Of a stretch of 64,000 nt of DNA, positions 39,401 through 49,236 are shown in pieces (the first letter of the stretch is position 1; every line of letters begins with the position of its first letter). The stretch is from contig JAUCBJ010009103.1 of the NCBI GenBank assembly GCA_032718475.1, forward strand, positions 186,001 to 250,000, in the 5' to 3' direction. A program made the translations under genes and the position numbers. The notes beneath the pieces were generated by a model. It was not told the DNA's origin. It worked only from the letters and a program-made list of their open reading frames with translations, and ran no database searches. Source of the DNA: Nemertoderma westbladi. Its lineage: Eukaryota; Animalia; Xenacoelomorpha.

Positions 39401-42400
39401 ATCCTGAGTCTTTGTGTGGATTGTAATCGGTCCGAAGTTTTCCAGTCTCCCGCTAGAGGGCCACATGTCTAAACATTAAATGGCCACCCATTTCTTTGCT
39501 TTTAATCCGTTTAAGCTGAAACTTGGGAAGTATGTACTAGACCATTAGCTGTAAATTTCAAAGGAGGCTAATCTGTCTGCAGTTCTCCAGTCTGCCGCTA
39601 GAGGGCGAAATGTCCCGAATGTGAAATTATTCTTCCATTTAGTTGTTTATGATCTGATTACGCTGAAACTTGTCATATATGTACTAGAAGACATCCTAAG
39701 TCTTTGTGTGGACAGTAATCGGTCCGGAGTTTTCGAGTCTGCCGCTAGAGGGCGAAATGTAGGAAAGTGATAACCTTTGCGAATTCCTTGATCTTAATCT
39801 ATTTAAGCTGAATTTTGGAATATACAGTACCGGTATGTACTAGACCACATGCCTCGTCTTTGTGAGGAAGGTGATCGATCCGTAGTTCTTTAATATGCCG
39901 CTAGAGGGCTAAATGTATGAAAGTGAAAACCTTCCAACATTTCGTTATTTATGATCCGTCAATCGGAAACTTGGTAGATATGTAATAGACCATAGGCTGT
40001 GGCTTTGTAGGGAAACTAATCCTTCCTTCTTCAGTTACCCAGTCTCCCGCTAGAGGGTTAACGTTTTCCGGGAAAATCTTCTCCTATGTTTTTATAATCC
40101 TTTCGAGTTGATACTTAGCATTAACTCATTTCACGTGCTGCGCGAAGGCCCCACTTCGTGTTGTATAAACGTACCTTCCTGTCTGAGTCGGGGGCGCGAC
40201 TAAGTTGCGCCGCCCATATGTGGGTTCCGATCCCGACGTCGCCAGAGAACTCCCCGTTGGCGCGCGCCGCACCGAAGTTATTCGAGTTCCACTCGTTGGG
40301 ACTCCAGTTGGCGTCGTCAGTGTCGTTCCGAGGCGTCCTGGGTCCGTCGTCCGTGTCCCACGCCGAGGTCTGGTCCACCGGAATCTCACCCCATGCGTTA
40401 GACAACGTTAGGTGCGACTGCAGATAAACATAAATAAAGTTACAATATTATAAAGTTGGGCGAGACTGCAGAAAAATAAAAGTTGCAATAGAAAAAGTTG
40501 GGTGTCCATGCTGGGAAATAAAGTATAAATAAACAACGTTAGGTGTGACTGCAGTGAAATAAAGATACCAGGATAGCGTGAGGTGCGACTGCTGTGAAAT
40601 AAAGTTACAATGGCTAACGTTATGTGTGAGTACAGTAAAATAAAGTTTTCGTAAACACGAATTACGTGAACCTCTCTCTGTATTCAGTTTTAGTACACAC
40701 AATAAGTCCTTCCCAAGTGTTGACTCTTCTTTAATAAGAATTAGGAGAGGAATCCGCCATCTATTCGGGACTGAGTAAATCTACTCAGCAGCAAACTCTG
40801 TTGATATATATGACGTCGTATCGTAATAGCGTACCCAGAGTGGGCGGGGATTACGGTATATAAATAGTGGCACGGAGAACATTAATAAATCGGCTATAAC
40901 TACACCAAAGTGCATTGGCTCCTGGAAAGATATAAAAAAGGATACCATCTGGAAATCAGGTCTCTCCAGGCACCTGAAGACTAAGTGTACTTTTATACGG
41001 GGGGTGAACCTATACTAGCCCTAAATATCAGCTGGAGACAACACATGACAAACGCCGAGCTTTATGGTACAATACCACCTGTATCAACCACCCTCCGTGA
41101 ACGCAGATTACGATTCAGTGGGCACTGCTGGCGAAGTAAAGACGAGGTCATACCAGATCTACTTCTCTGGCAACCAACTCATGGAAAGCGTAGTCGTGGA
41201 CGACCGGCCATAACATATTTAGATCAACTTGAAAGGGATACTGAACTTGGGAGAAACGAAATTGCGACAACTATGGAGAATCGGGAAGCCTGGAAGGATC
41301 TCATTTCCACTCACCGAGCTCGCTCCACCTAGCAGTAGCTATAACCACATGGCTTCCCCTTATGTTACGCAAAGATGTCCCTGATATAACGTTGTAACAA
41401 AAATAATAGGTTAGATCGCAACCCAATTACTATTTGTAGGGAGGCAGATGTTGGTTGTGGTTGCGTATAATTTATAGGCGTGGCGCGTACGGAAGGGAAC
41501 TCTGAATACCTTGGAATCGTATGTCATATAATCGATAAAGGTATGGTTTAAACCCCCCACGATATAACTCCTGTGTATCTCCTTCGCATAACAACTGAAA
41601 CATAACGCCTGATTGATTACGAAATACACCATAGATAACTATTTCAAAAAATTCAATAAAAACGTCATAATTTTACTAATCTCAGGCAATGAGTGCCCGC
41701 AAACGTCACACTAAAACCTCTAATAAGGATTACTATATAGAGATGGAGTCATTTTAGTATCATACCGAGACTTGATTTTGTTTTTGAAAAAAAAAATTGG
41801 GCCAACAATCTCGCTAACATGGTAACGTGTTAATTAATTGTTTCAAAAAAAAATCTCATTAAAAAATGTTTCTTGTCTCCAAAGCCCAAAAATGGGGTCA
41901 GGACAGGTCAATTATATTTTTTCAATTCCAAATTTTTTTCCAGAAATTATTCTCAAATTAAACCTAATTTTAAGTAGGCCTTATGAAAAAAAAAAAAAAG
42001 CAAACAACGACGTTTGCAATGTTAAACTATTGTACAAATTTAGCTTCTTTCAAACGAGCGCGTAGATAATGTATCGTGGGCACTAATGTAACAAGAATAA
42101 TTGAATTATTAACAATACCGTATGTTAAGATAAGATACAATCATGGCTATAAATAAGGTTGACTACACCCAGCGGCGTTGTATTAATAACGAGGAACGCA
42201 AAATAAAATCATTGGCTCATTCTTAAAGGATATGATGATGGCATACAGACAGACAATCTAATGGCGACATTTAAACAACCAAAGGCAGGAAAATAAATAA
42301 CACCGGGATAGGTTGGGATGGGGTAGGGTGGGATGGGATGGGTTGTGATTGGATGGGATGGGGTTGGGTTGGGATGGGGTCGGGATGGGATGGGATGGGA

Positions 42401-45400
42401 TAGGATAGGATTGGAGGGATGGGATGGGTTGGGTTGTGATGGGATGGGGTTGGGATTGGGATGGGGTTGGGTTGGGATGGGATGGGATTTGATGGGATGG
42501 GATGGGATGGGGTGGGATAGGATGGGTTGTGATGGGATGGGATGGGATGGGATGGGTTGTGATGGGATGGGGTGGGGATGGGATGGGATGGGTTGTGATG
42601 GGATGGGATGTGATGGGATGGGATTGGATGGGATGGGATGGGATGGAATAGGATGGGTTGTGATTGGATGGGATGGGGTTGGGTTGGGATGGGGTCGGGA
42701 TGGGATGGGATGGGATGGGATAGGATAGGATAGGATAGGATAGGATAGGATAGGATTGGAGGGATGGGATGGGATGGGATGGGATGGGATGGGTTGGGTT
42801 GTGATGGGATGGGGTTGGGATGGGATTGGGATGGGATGGGGTTGGGTTGGGATGGGATGGGATGGGGTGGGATAGGATGGGTTGTGATGGGATGGGATGG
42901 GTTGTGATGGGATGGGGATGGAATGGGATGGGATGGGATAGGATGGGTTGTGATGGGATGGGATAGGATGGGATGGGATGGGGTTGGGATGGGGTTGGGA
43001 TGGGGTGGGGATGGGATGGGGATGGGATGGGATGGGATAGGATGGGTTGTGATGGGTTGTGATGGGATGGGATGGGTTGTGATGGGATGGGATGGGATGG
43101 GATGGGATGGGATGGGATGGGATGGGATGGGTTGTGATGGGATGGGATGGGATGGGGTGGGATGGGTTGTGATGGGATGGGATGGGTTGTGATGGGATGG
43201 GATGGGATAGGAACGTCGTTCTAAATAAATAAATGTGATCCCAACACATTGTGTAATAATAAATCTTATATTAATAATCATTTATTGTAGTAACAATAAT
43301 AATGTACCATGGATGTGAAATAATGCAAATAGAACGAGTCATAAATTATTATTTGCTGGTTTTGTTGATGTAAACTTATAACGCAGCCGCACCAGGGCCA
43401 GAACCACAGGCGACAAAATTCACGTGGCACTTTTTAATCATTAAACATTAAACCTTAAACCTTTTGAACTAAGTCTAGCAATGCTTAAAATGTTGAAACG
43501 CCAAATACATTGTCGCTATATTGAGCGAAAGCTACGTACGTCTATAACCAATGTACCAACCCAGATTGAGTTTTAACCCATAAAGCCTAACTCGGCTTGA
43601 GCAAACCTCACCCAAAGGAAATGGTTTAATTATATACCTCTAATGACGACTGAATGAAATATATCGTTTTGGGAAACCCAAAATCGCATTCAGTGCTTTT
43701 ATAGAGGATAAATAATAAAAAAAAATTTTTAACTTCGAATCATAAACAAACAGACAAACAAACAAACAGGCACTATTCTGCGCTGCTTATTTTCAAGCTA
43801 TTTTTCGACTCTTTTTCTTGTTAGAAAAATTCTAGAAATCCATTGCTTCAAATTGAATCTGCGAATTTTGGAATATTAAAACATAAAATAGAATAAAGCT
43901 CAAAAAATAAAAAATAAAAAAAGCTTTAAAAAAGCCCATAAACACGCACTAAAATCCTCATATAAAGAAAATGAGACAAAGTAGTCGAGTGCACTCTGCA
44001 GAGTGCACAGACAGATCTGTCTGTCTTATCAAACAATCATGATTATAGGGACTACGTATAAAGTTGTGGTGATGTGACAATGTTAATATTCTACACTATG
44101 CCAAACAATGCGGGGGGGGGGGGGGGGTGGTCACAATTTGATTTTAGCCAAAAATTAAAAAATGAAGGTTGAAAACTTGGCTTCTGCAGTTCTGACTGTT
44201 GACAAGGTACTTAAATTCAATTACTAAAAAAGTAAAAAAAACTGAAAATCGCATTAACGGGGTTATATATTCATTGTTTGTATATATACAGGTTGTATAT
44301 ACATTGTTGATATATGGAAGGGGGATTGGTGGGTATCACGAGTTTACTGTGTGCGCATGTTTATAAAATAAAGTATGCGGCATATGTGTCGCATATAGTA
44401 ATTACATCGCAGCTGCCGGATATGTCGTCCGATTAGAACCAGCATGCCTACAACCATAGAGGTTACAAGGGGTAATCGAATCTATATAATCCTTAGTTAT
44501 ATTTACCTTATTATATTTACGTATTTGGGCGTACTAACTAATACACACTCAATAATATTAGATGTAAACTGTAAGAGGAATGTTAATAATCAACATATAT
44601 TTATCTCGAATACCAAAGTTGTGTATATGTGTGTTGTGTGTATGTTGGGTTGTGAATGGAAGGGTCGTTGGTTCGAATACCAGTCATTTCGTAAATTTAT
44701 GTAATGATTATAAAAATCCAAAGAAGGTCATGTCTATATTTAGGTATAACGCGGTGACATAAAACTGAACATACAACGTAACCGCGTGATGTAATGGCAT
44801 ACTGACTGAGAAATAGTCGCACTGAGATATAAAGTTGGAAAATATGTAGTCCTGGCTATTTGGTAGTGCGAAATTAATTCCATAGAGATAAATATAATCA
44901 TACATTATTTACTGCTTAAACAATAATGAGAATAATAATGAGAATGGGTTTCTGTTATATATTATATACTAAATAAATAATCAAATAACACGTTAACTGT
45001 TGAGAATCGAGAATAATTGTAAAATGAGGGAAAATTATGTGTTATCTGGGAAAATTAACCAATAAAAAGACTATTAATTGTAATTTTATTTTATTTTATT
45101 ATTATCATCTGATTAACGTTTCGATATAATGGAAATTATGTTTAAAAACATTATAAAGTGAATATTTCCATAATCATATTAATTTCGCTACGTGTTTCTA
45201 TAGCGATTGCGACTTCGAATGAAAACCTTACTCACGATCGCAATAAAAATGTATTGGTACCGGTACCGGCTCAGGCGGTATTATGGTACCGGCTCAGACG
45301 GTATTGTGGTACCGGCTCAGACGGTATTGTGGTACCGGCTCTCAGACGGTATTGTGGTACCGGCTCAGACGGTATTGTGGTACCGGCTCAGACGGTATTG

Positions 45401-47549
45401 TGGTACGGCTTGTGCGGTTTTATGGTACCGGCTCAGACGGTATTGTGGTACCGGCTCAGACGGTATTGTGGTACCGGCTTGTGCGGTTTTATGGTACCGG
45501 CTCAGACGGTATTGTGGTACCGGCTCAGACTGTATTGTGGTACCGGCTTGTGCGGTTTTATGGTACCGGCTCAGACGGTATTGTGGTACCGGCTCAGACG
45601 GTATTGTGGTACCGGCTCAGACGGTATTGTGGTACCGGCTTGTGCGGTTTTATGGTACCGGCTCAGACGGTATTTTTATGGTACCGGCTCAGACGGTATT
45701 GTGGTACCGGCTTGTGCGGTTTTATGGTACCGGCTCAGACGGTATTGTGGTACCGGCTTGTGCGGTTTTATGGTACCGGCTCAAACTGTATTTTTATGGT
45801 ACCGGCTCAGACGGTATTGTGGTACCGGCTCAGACGGTATTGTGGTACCGGCTCAGACGGTATTGTGGTACCGGCTTGTGCGGTTTTATGGTACCGGCTC
45901 AGACGGTATTTTTATGGTACCGGCTCAGACGGTATTGTGGTACCGGCTTGTGCGGTTTTATGGTACCGGCTCAGACGGTATTGTGGTACCGGCTTGTGCG
46001 GTTTTATGGTACCGGCTCAGACGGTATTTTTATGGTACCGGCTCAGACGGTATTGTGGTACCGACTCAGACGGTATTGTGGTACCGGCTTGTGCGGTTTT
46101 ATGGTACCGGCTCAGACGGTATTGTGGTACCGGCTCAGACGGTATTATGGTACCGAATGATAATTAGCTATGTTTTACATAAACCCACCTGCTGGTACTC
46201 CTTTTTCTCCTCTTTCGTCATGTTTGCGAAATCCGGCCGTTTGGGGGCGGTACCTGAGTTCTTCCAGCTGTTTGACCCGGTGGGACTCCAGGGCTTCGCG
46301 GCGTTGGCCCCCGCAGCGCTGGTCGCCACCGCTGGGTTGGGGGTGGCCGGCGAGGCGGCCCAATCCGGCGTGGAGGGGCCCTCAGCCGCCGCAGCCGTCG
46401 GCGTCGCGTCCCACACCGAGGAGGAGCCGCGACGTGAACTCCCGTTGCTAGGGCCCGGTCGGTAACTAGGGGCCCCGGACGACCGGTTCGGGCCCACCGC
46501 GTCCTCCCAGGTGCCCATGTTGGTGAATGTATCGCCCGGGCGACGTCCTATCCCGCCCTCCATCAGGGCGCCCGGGTGGTGCGTGGGCGTGGATGGCGCC
46601 GTCTGTCCAGCCGACTGCCACCCCACCGACGACATGTTAACGCCCTAAAATACACAAAACCGTTTAAATTTTACTTTAACCAAAATCCACGCATTAATGA
46701 ACTTCTGTGAATGTTGAGTCAGACAATAAGTTGATGTACTCAATAGCTGAGTTACTCTTGTACTCTACGTCGTACGACGAGTGACGTGTTTGACGGTATG
46801 ATTGAACGGCATAAAATAAATAATCTCAAAGGATTTCACGTAATAAAGGAAAGGAATCCAAACAGGATAGTTAACTGTTTCACACCGTAAAAATGAATTG
46901 ATTTAGACAAAATTATGCCAATATAATAAACATAGCTAATGGACATTAATTTATAATGAACTACAGTCGGACCCGGACAGTCGGACCCGGACAGTCGGAC
47001 CCGGACAGTCGGACCCGGACAGTCGGACCCGGACAGTCGGACCCGGACAGACGTCCGGGTCAGATTTGTTCATCTGATATATTTATCTGAAAATTGTATA
47101 CCGGTAGTATTTTGTATTAAAATGTATATAAAATATAAAAAGTAACAAAACGTAACAGTAAATGTTAGTAACTGTATCTGCTTTTTTATTAATTCTAATA
47201 TAATTTACAATTTCTACATTATCAGACAGGTATAGAACGCATCCCCGTCGTAGCCACCCCCACCTACCTGCTGGTCGTGATGAAGGCTTTGCGACGGCCC
47301 ATTGGCTGGGCCGCCCTCGTCGCCCCAGATACCCAGCGTCTGGGCGCTGCTGGCCGCCGCCCCGACGTGGCTGTTGGCCGGGGTGTCGCCCCAGACACTC
47401 TTGAGTTGGTTGCCACCCCACCCGCCGTCCTGTTTGCCGCCAGGGCCTTCCCCGCGGTCCCACATTCCGCCGGCCCCCGCTGGAGGGCCGCCTCCCAGGG
47501 GGTTCCACGCGCTCGCTGTCTCTCCCCACATACCCACTTCCATGGTCAT
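18156..47549 (-). CDS. GW182: GW182/TNRC6-family miRNA silencing scaffold (gawky ortholog), spliced; join of 47268..47549, 46189..46644, 40175..40417, 38301..38501, [35404..35511], 27393..27635, 23124..23632, 22516..22867, 21845..22138, 20979..21203, 18156..18470 (~1,075 aa)
   Basis: GW/WG-rich N-terminus, motif [19 protein letters not shown]-rich exon, QQSRL motif, PAM2-like [30 protein letters not shown]|[34 protein letters not shown], and C-terminal LLPDNLLGG. All junctions are GT-AG with compatible phases. Confidence 0.95.
18628..20560 (-). mobile_element. RTE-clade LINE, truncated at both ends and frameshifted; RT domain largely open (ORF 18680..20242); lies in the last GW182 intron
   Basis: RT motifs [72 protein letters not shown]. 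Upstream linker [11 protein letters not shown] lies in another frame (20220..20549). Confidence 0.93.
20979..21203 (-). CDS. GW182: GW182 RRM exon
   Basis: [16 protein letters not shown]...[20 protein letters not shown] is the TNRC6-type RRM. AG at 21204-5, GTAAAT donor at 20978, 225 nt, phase 0-0. Confidence 0.96.
21399..21559 (+). mobile_element. ~160-bp dispersed non-autonomous element, copy 1 of 3
   Basis: Near-identical to 43550-43710 and 49851-50011 (AATGTACCAAACCAGATTGAG...CAGTGCTTTTATAGAGGATA). Confidence 0.85.
21600..21662 (-). mobile_element. tRNA-derived SINE head / tRNA relic
   Basis: Minus strand GTGTCAGAATGGTTAGAGCGCCTGACTCCCAATCTAGCGGGCACTGGTTCGAACCC has A-box and B-box at tRNA spacing, but no good acceptor stem. 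Confidence 0.6.
21845..22138 (-). CDS. GW182: GW182 exon (M2 region and first RRM strand, SGSNNW...[10 protein letters not shown])
   Basis: Acceptor CACTTTTCAG, donor GTTGGT, 294 nt, phase 0-0; joins the RRM exon in frame. Confidence 0.92.
22247..22440 (+). repeat. Diverged interspersed repeat, copy 1 (related copies at 33177-33360 and 37650-37720), preceded by (GA)n
   Basis: Shared blocks GACGCAAAT..ATCTCGG.GAATTAATAT.TCG.CTCAATGTT and TTCTAACCAAAACAATAAA...CAGGTTA. Confidence 0.7.
22516..22867 (-). CDS. GW182: GW182 PAM2-containing exon
   Basis: [29 protein letters not shown]. Acceptor AATTTCAG (phase 2), donor GTGGGT. Confidence 0.93.
23124..23632 (-). CDS. GW182: GW182 Q-rich/coiled-coil and Gly-Met repeat exon ending in [11 protein letters not shown]
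   Basis: Acceptor TATTGCAG; donor AG|GTTAGT in phase 2, which matches the next exon. Confidence 0.9.
23755..27322. repeat. 28-bp intronic minisatellite (AGGCTCCTCTCTACCRGAGGCAACCCGA), ~125 copies
   Basis: Tandem array. The many overlapping ORFs here are translations of the repeat. Confidence 0.97.
27393..27635 (-). CDS. GW182: GW182 Q-rich exon (GMKGNLV...[18 protein letters not shown]...EYQQQ)
   Basis: Acceptor TTTTTATAG, donor GTACGA, 243 nt, phase 0-0. It resembles the GW182 'AVQ.G.L.P.LLNQ' segment that precedes the Q-rich domain. Confidence 0.85.
27722..28145 (+). mobile_element. Probable Helentron-associated non-autonomous element (HINE-like) with (GACA)n microsatellite
   Basis: Begins ACTAACAAG, has a CCAAATTT-like core and GACGGACAGACAGACAGACAG near the 3' end. 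Classified from architecture only. Confidence 0.4.
28310..31472. repeat. 38-bp pyrimidine-rich intronic minisatellite (CCCTTCTCTTCTCCTGCTGTTATCCTTTAATGCTTTCT), ~83 copies
   Basis: Highly homogeneous tandem array. Confidence 0.98.
31562..32500 (-). mobile_element. RTE-clade LINE 3' fragment (same family as 18628..20560), internally deleted, with (TAG)n tail
   Basis: DFADDIALL region nearly identical to 19000-19450. C-terminus [41 protein letters not shown]. Tail TAGTAGTAGTA at ~31565-31576. Confidence 0.92.
32563..32740. repeat. 15-bp minisatellite (AGCCCAATAATTTAT) x ~11
   Basis: Tandem copies visible. Confidence 0.95.
33177..33360 (+). repeat. Diverged interspersed repeat, copy 2 (see 22247..22440)
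   Basis: Colinear similarity with 22247-22440. Confidence 0.7.
35404..35511 (-). CDS. GW182: Tentative GW182 internal/cassette exon ([36 protein letters not shown])
   Basis: GC-rich island with CTAATCAG acceptor and AAG|GTATTC donor, 108 nt, open in the phase-0 frame required by its neighbours. No recognisable motif. Confidence 0.5.
35743..37585. repeat. 21-bp intronic minisatellite (TACCGTAGTATAAAATGGTAC), ~87 copies
   Basis: Tandem array with an internal quasi-palindrome TACTAC-C-GTAGTA. Confidence 0.97.
38090..38306. repeat. 32-bp tandem repeat x7 that includes the GW182 splice donor
   Basis: Unit GAAATAAACTTACATGTGGAAGTTGGTGGAGT; the register position recurs at 38100, 38132, 38164, 38196, 38228, 38260 and 38292. 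Confidence 0.9.
38301..38501 (-). CDS. GW182: GW182 Ago-hook-like exon ([13 protein letters not shown]...DDVTGLWGD...NQRPH)
   Basis: Acceptor TTTTACCAG, donor CAT|GTAAGT, 201 nt, phase 0-0; GW and DDxTxLWG motifs. Confidence 0.9.
38875..40070 (+). mobile_element. Probable HINE/Helentron-like non-autonomous element: (TCG)n microsatellite followed by ~147-bp tandem repeats (292-bp dimer)
   Basis: (TCG/TTG)n at 38965-39032; 39150-39440 is duplicated at 39442-39732; each monomer carries CCGCTAGAGGG and TGAAACTTG. Confidence 0.65.
40175..40417 (-). CDS. GW182: GW182 exon with conserved Ago-binding motif I ([23 protein letters not shown]...GIGTHIW)
   Basis: Matches the TNRC6 LSN.GWG..P..Q..AWD motif. 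Acceptor CTGCAG, donor AAG|GTACGT, 243 nt, phase 0-0. Confidence 0.93.
40404..40650. repeat. Degenerate ~40-48-bp tandem repeat that includes the GW182 splice acceptor
   Basis: About 6 recurrences of AACGTTAGGTGYGACTGCAG..AAATAAAGT. Confidence 0.75.
40915..41340 (+). mobile_element. RTE-clade LINE 3' end (same family), inserted in the opposite orientation
   Basis: [17 protein letters not shown]...[18 protein letters not shown]...HRARST*, followed by TAGCAGTAG. Nearly identical to the reverse complement of 31590-31845. Confidence 0.92.
42305..43210. repeat. (GGGAT)n pentanucleotide satellite, ~900 bp, with an internal ~320-bp duplication
   Basis: GGGAT/GGGTT/GGATA units; block ~42335-42440 recurs at ~42653-42800. 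Confidence 0.97.
43550..43710 (+). mobile_element. ~160-bp dispersed element, copy 2 of 3
   Basis: Near-identical to 21399-21559. Confidence 0.85.
45255..46156. repeat. 23-bp intronic minisatellite with two interspersed unit types (GGTACCGGCTCAGACGGTATTGT / GGTACCGGCTTGTGCGGTTTTAT)
   Basis: About 39 tandem units, ending ~30 bp from the donor at 46188. Confidence 0.96.
46189..46644 (-). CDS. GW182: GW182 N-terminal W-rich exon ([10 protein letters not shown]...KEEKKEYQQ)
   Basis: Acceptor ATTTTAG, donor CAG|GTGGGT, 456 nt, phase 0-0; spaced Trp in a G/S/T/P context. Confidence 0.9.
46964..47050. repeat. 14-bp minisatellite (CAGTCGGACCCGGA) x6
   Basis: Tandem copies, followed by an inverted TCCGGGTC. 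Confidence 0.93.
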
Positions 47550-47564
47550 GAGGTAGAATTTACT
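47268..47564 (-). CDS. GW182: GW182 first recognisable coding exon (ATG at 47549; [10 protein letters not shown]...GGWGG...VWGD...IWGD)
   Basis: Dense GW/WG repeats, acceptor TTTTATTCAG at 47565, donor CAG|GTAGGT. The frame is open to the acceptor, so an upstream coding exon cannot be excluded. Confidence 0.88.
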
Positions 47565-47656
47565 CTGAATAAAACAAATAATTTAAAATTATAATTAAAT
47601 AATTTTTTATAATATAAATAAATAATATGAATAACAGAAGATATTACAATTCGATA

Positions 47657-48108
47657 CACTCTAAAAAAAGATTAAGCAATTTACAATAAAAATTAAATAT
47701 AATTTAATAATAAAATACAATTTGTCTACAAAATCGGGGCCAAATAGGGAGCTCCAAGACTTGCGGCAAATTTCTTAACGATATCTTTGTAGTTTATTTA
47801 TGACAATTGTTTTATTACATTTATTACATTGTTTAACCAGAAGTTATCCTTCTGATTTGTCTAAATCTCTGATCAATCTGTTCAGATATAATAATTGGAA
47901 AAAGGTTTATTAAGATATGTTTTATCAAATTGCTTAAGTAAACATTTCGTGTATCAGTCAACTGTTATTAGTAAATTTGACTCTACCTATTTTTTTACCC
48001 ATTTATCCTCGCAATTTGCTTAAAATAATGGATAATTTGCAAATATTTTATATAAAAAATAATTCTACCAGCTATATTTTTGCAAATTGAACAATTTTAT
48101 TTAGAGTG
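47657..48108. mobile_element. MITE with CACTCTAAA termini flanked by TA (EnSpm/CMC-like non-autonomous)
   Basis: TA|CACTCTAAA... ...TTTAGAGTG|TA, with imperfect ~30-bp TIRs. Confidence 0.7.
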
Positions 48109-48246
48109 TATAGTTCCAAAAAAGCGTAGCTGGTAATATTCGGTTATAATTTCCGGAACTATCCTTTTGCTAAAAATGACTTAGGATATATTAGCTTGAA
48201 ATTCCTTAGGATTTGATCTGATTAAAATTGTTAAATAAATAAATAC

Positions 48247-49236
48247 TAGAGTTGAAACAGAGACTTGTCACTGATATCTGTTCTCTGAATTCTCCGGGCT
48301 ATTTTTGGTTTCTGGATAGGTCTCTGGTTCCCGGGTATTGAAAACAGACATTTTACCCAGAGATCAGTGATTTTTCAAATTAAAAATATATATTTATCTT
48401 GTACAAGATAAAATGATAAATGAAGATTTTATCACAATTTTTTTTTTACTATAAAAATAATTACTTTAATTTTTAACAATTTTTAATTCTCCGCTTCAAC
48501 AAAATTATATAGCAACTTCTACCCTATTTTTAAGCATGACTCACACTAAATGAACCAGTAATCTTCTATTTAATTTAAGGTGCGTTTCATTTTAAGTATA
48601 ATTATACGACTCTGCATTTGTGAATGTTAAATTGACAATGGAATTTAATTAATGAGTTTTAAGTTCAATTTGCACCTAAAGAAAGTTCTTATTTAAGAAT
48701 AAGGGAAGGGTGCTTAATTTGAGCCATAAACCATAAAGTTTACATGTAATAGTAAAGGCAGAGCTCTTTTCACCTTGTTGTAGGCTATACATTACGGCGA
48801 CCAAATGAACAGAATGAGCGTAACGAGACTTGCAATAGGGTCGAGTACTGGACTTGTGCACTAACTGTATTCGTAAATCACCAAGTTTATCGAGTCCATT
48901 AAAACGTATATGATTTTAACAGTTGTGAATTCAGTGCCTTTTATATTTAACAAAGTCCCTATGTAGCAAAACAAATTAATGTAACTTTTAGCATTAACCC
49001 AAACTGTACTTGCGCTTATTTTTTTCATTAGGTAAGGGTTGAATCGGTTGGATTTACTGTAATTCAACCATAAATAGTTATCAGTTCATACGTACCTGAT
49101 TTTTGCTATAATCAAATTATAAGTACAAAAATAAGCAAAGTCTCTGATCCCTGGCTCTGGTATTTTCCAAAATAATTCTCTGGGTAGGTCTCTGGTTCAC
49201 CGGGATTAAGAAAAACAGGCCTCTGTTTCAACTCTA
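48247..49236. mobile_element. 990-bp non-autonomous hAT-type DNA transposon
   Basis: Perfect 16-bp TIRs TAGAGTTGAAACAGAG / CTCTGTTTCAACTCTA and a perfect 8-bp TSD ATAAATAC (48239-48246, 49237-49244). Confidence 0.9.

Noticed and set aside
42209-43281. GW-rich ORFs (GWDGMGW..) inside a GW182 gene
   Set aside because: A coincidence of (GGGAT)n translation. The GW frame is antisense to GW182 and has no splice signals.
45158-46167. Three overlapping 294-435-aa plus-strand ORFs
   Set aside because: Translations of the 23-bp minisatellite, with the tail antisense to a GW182 exon.
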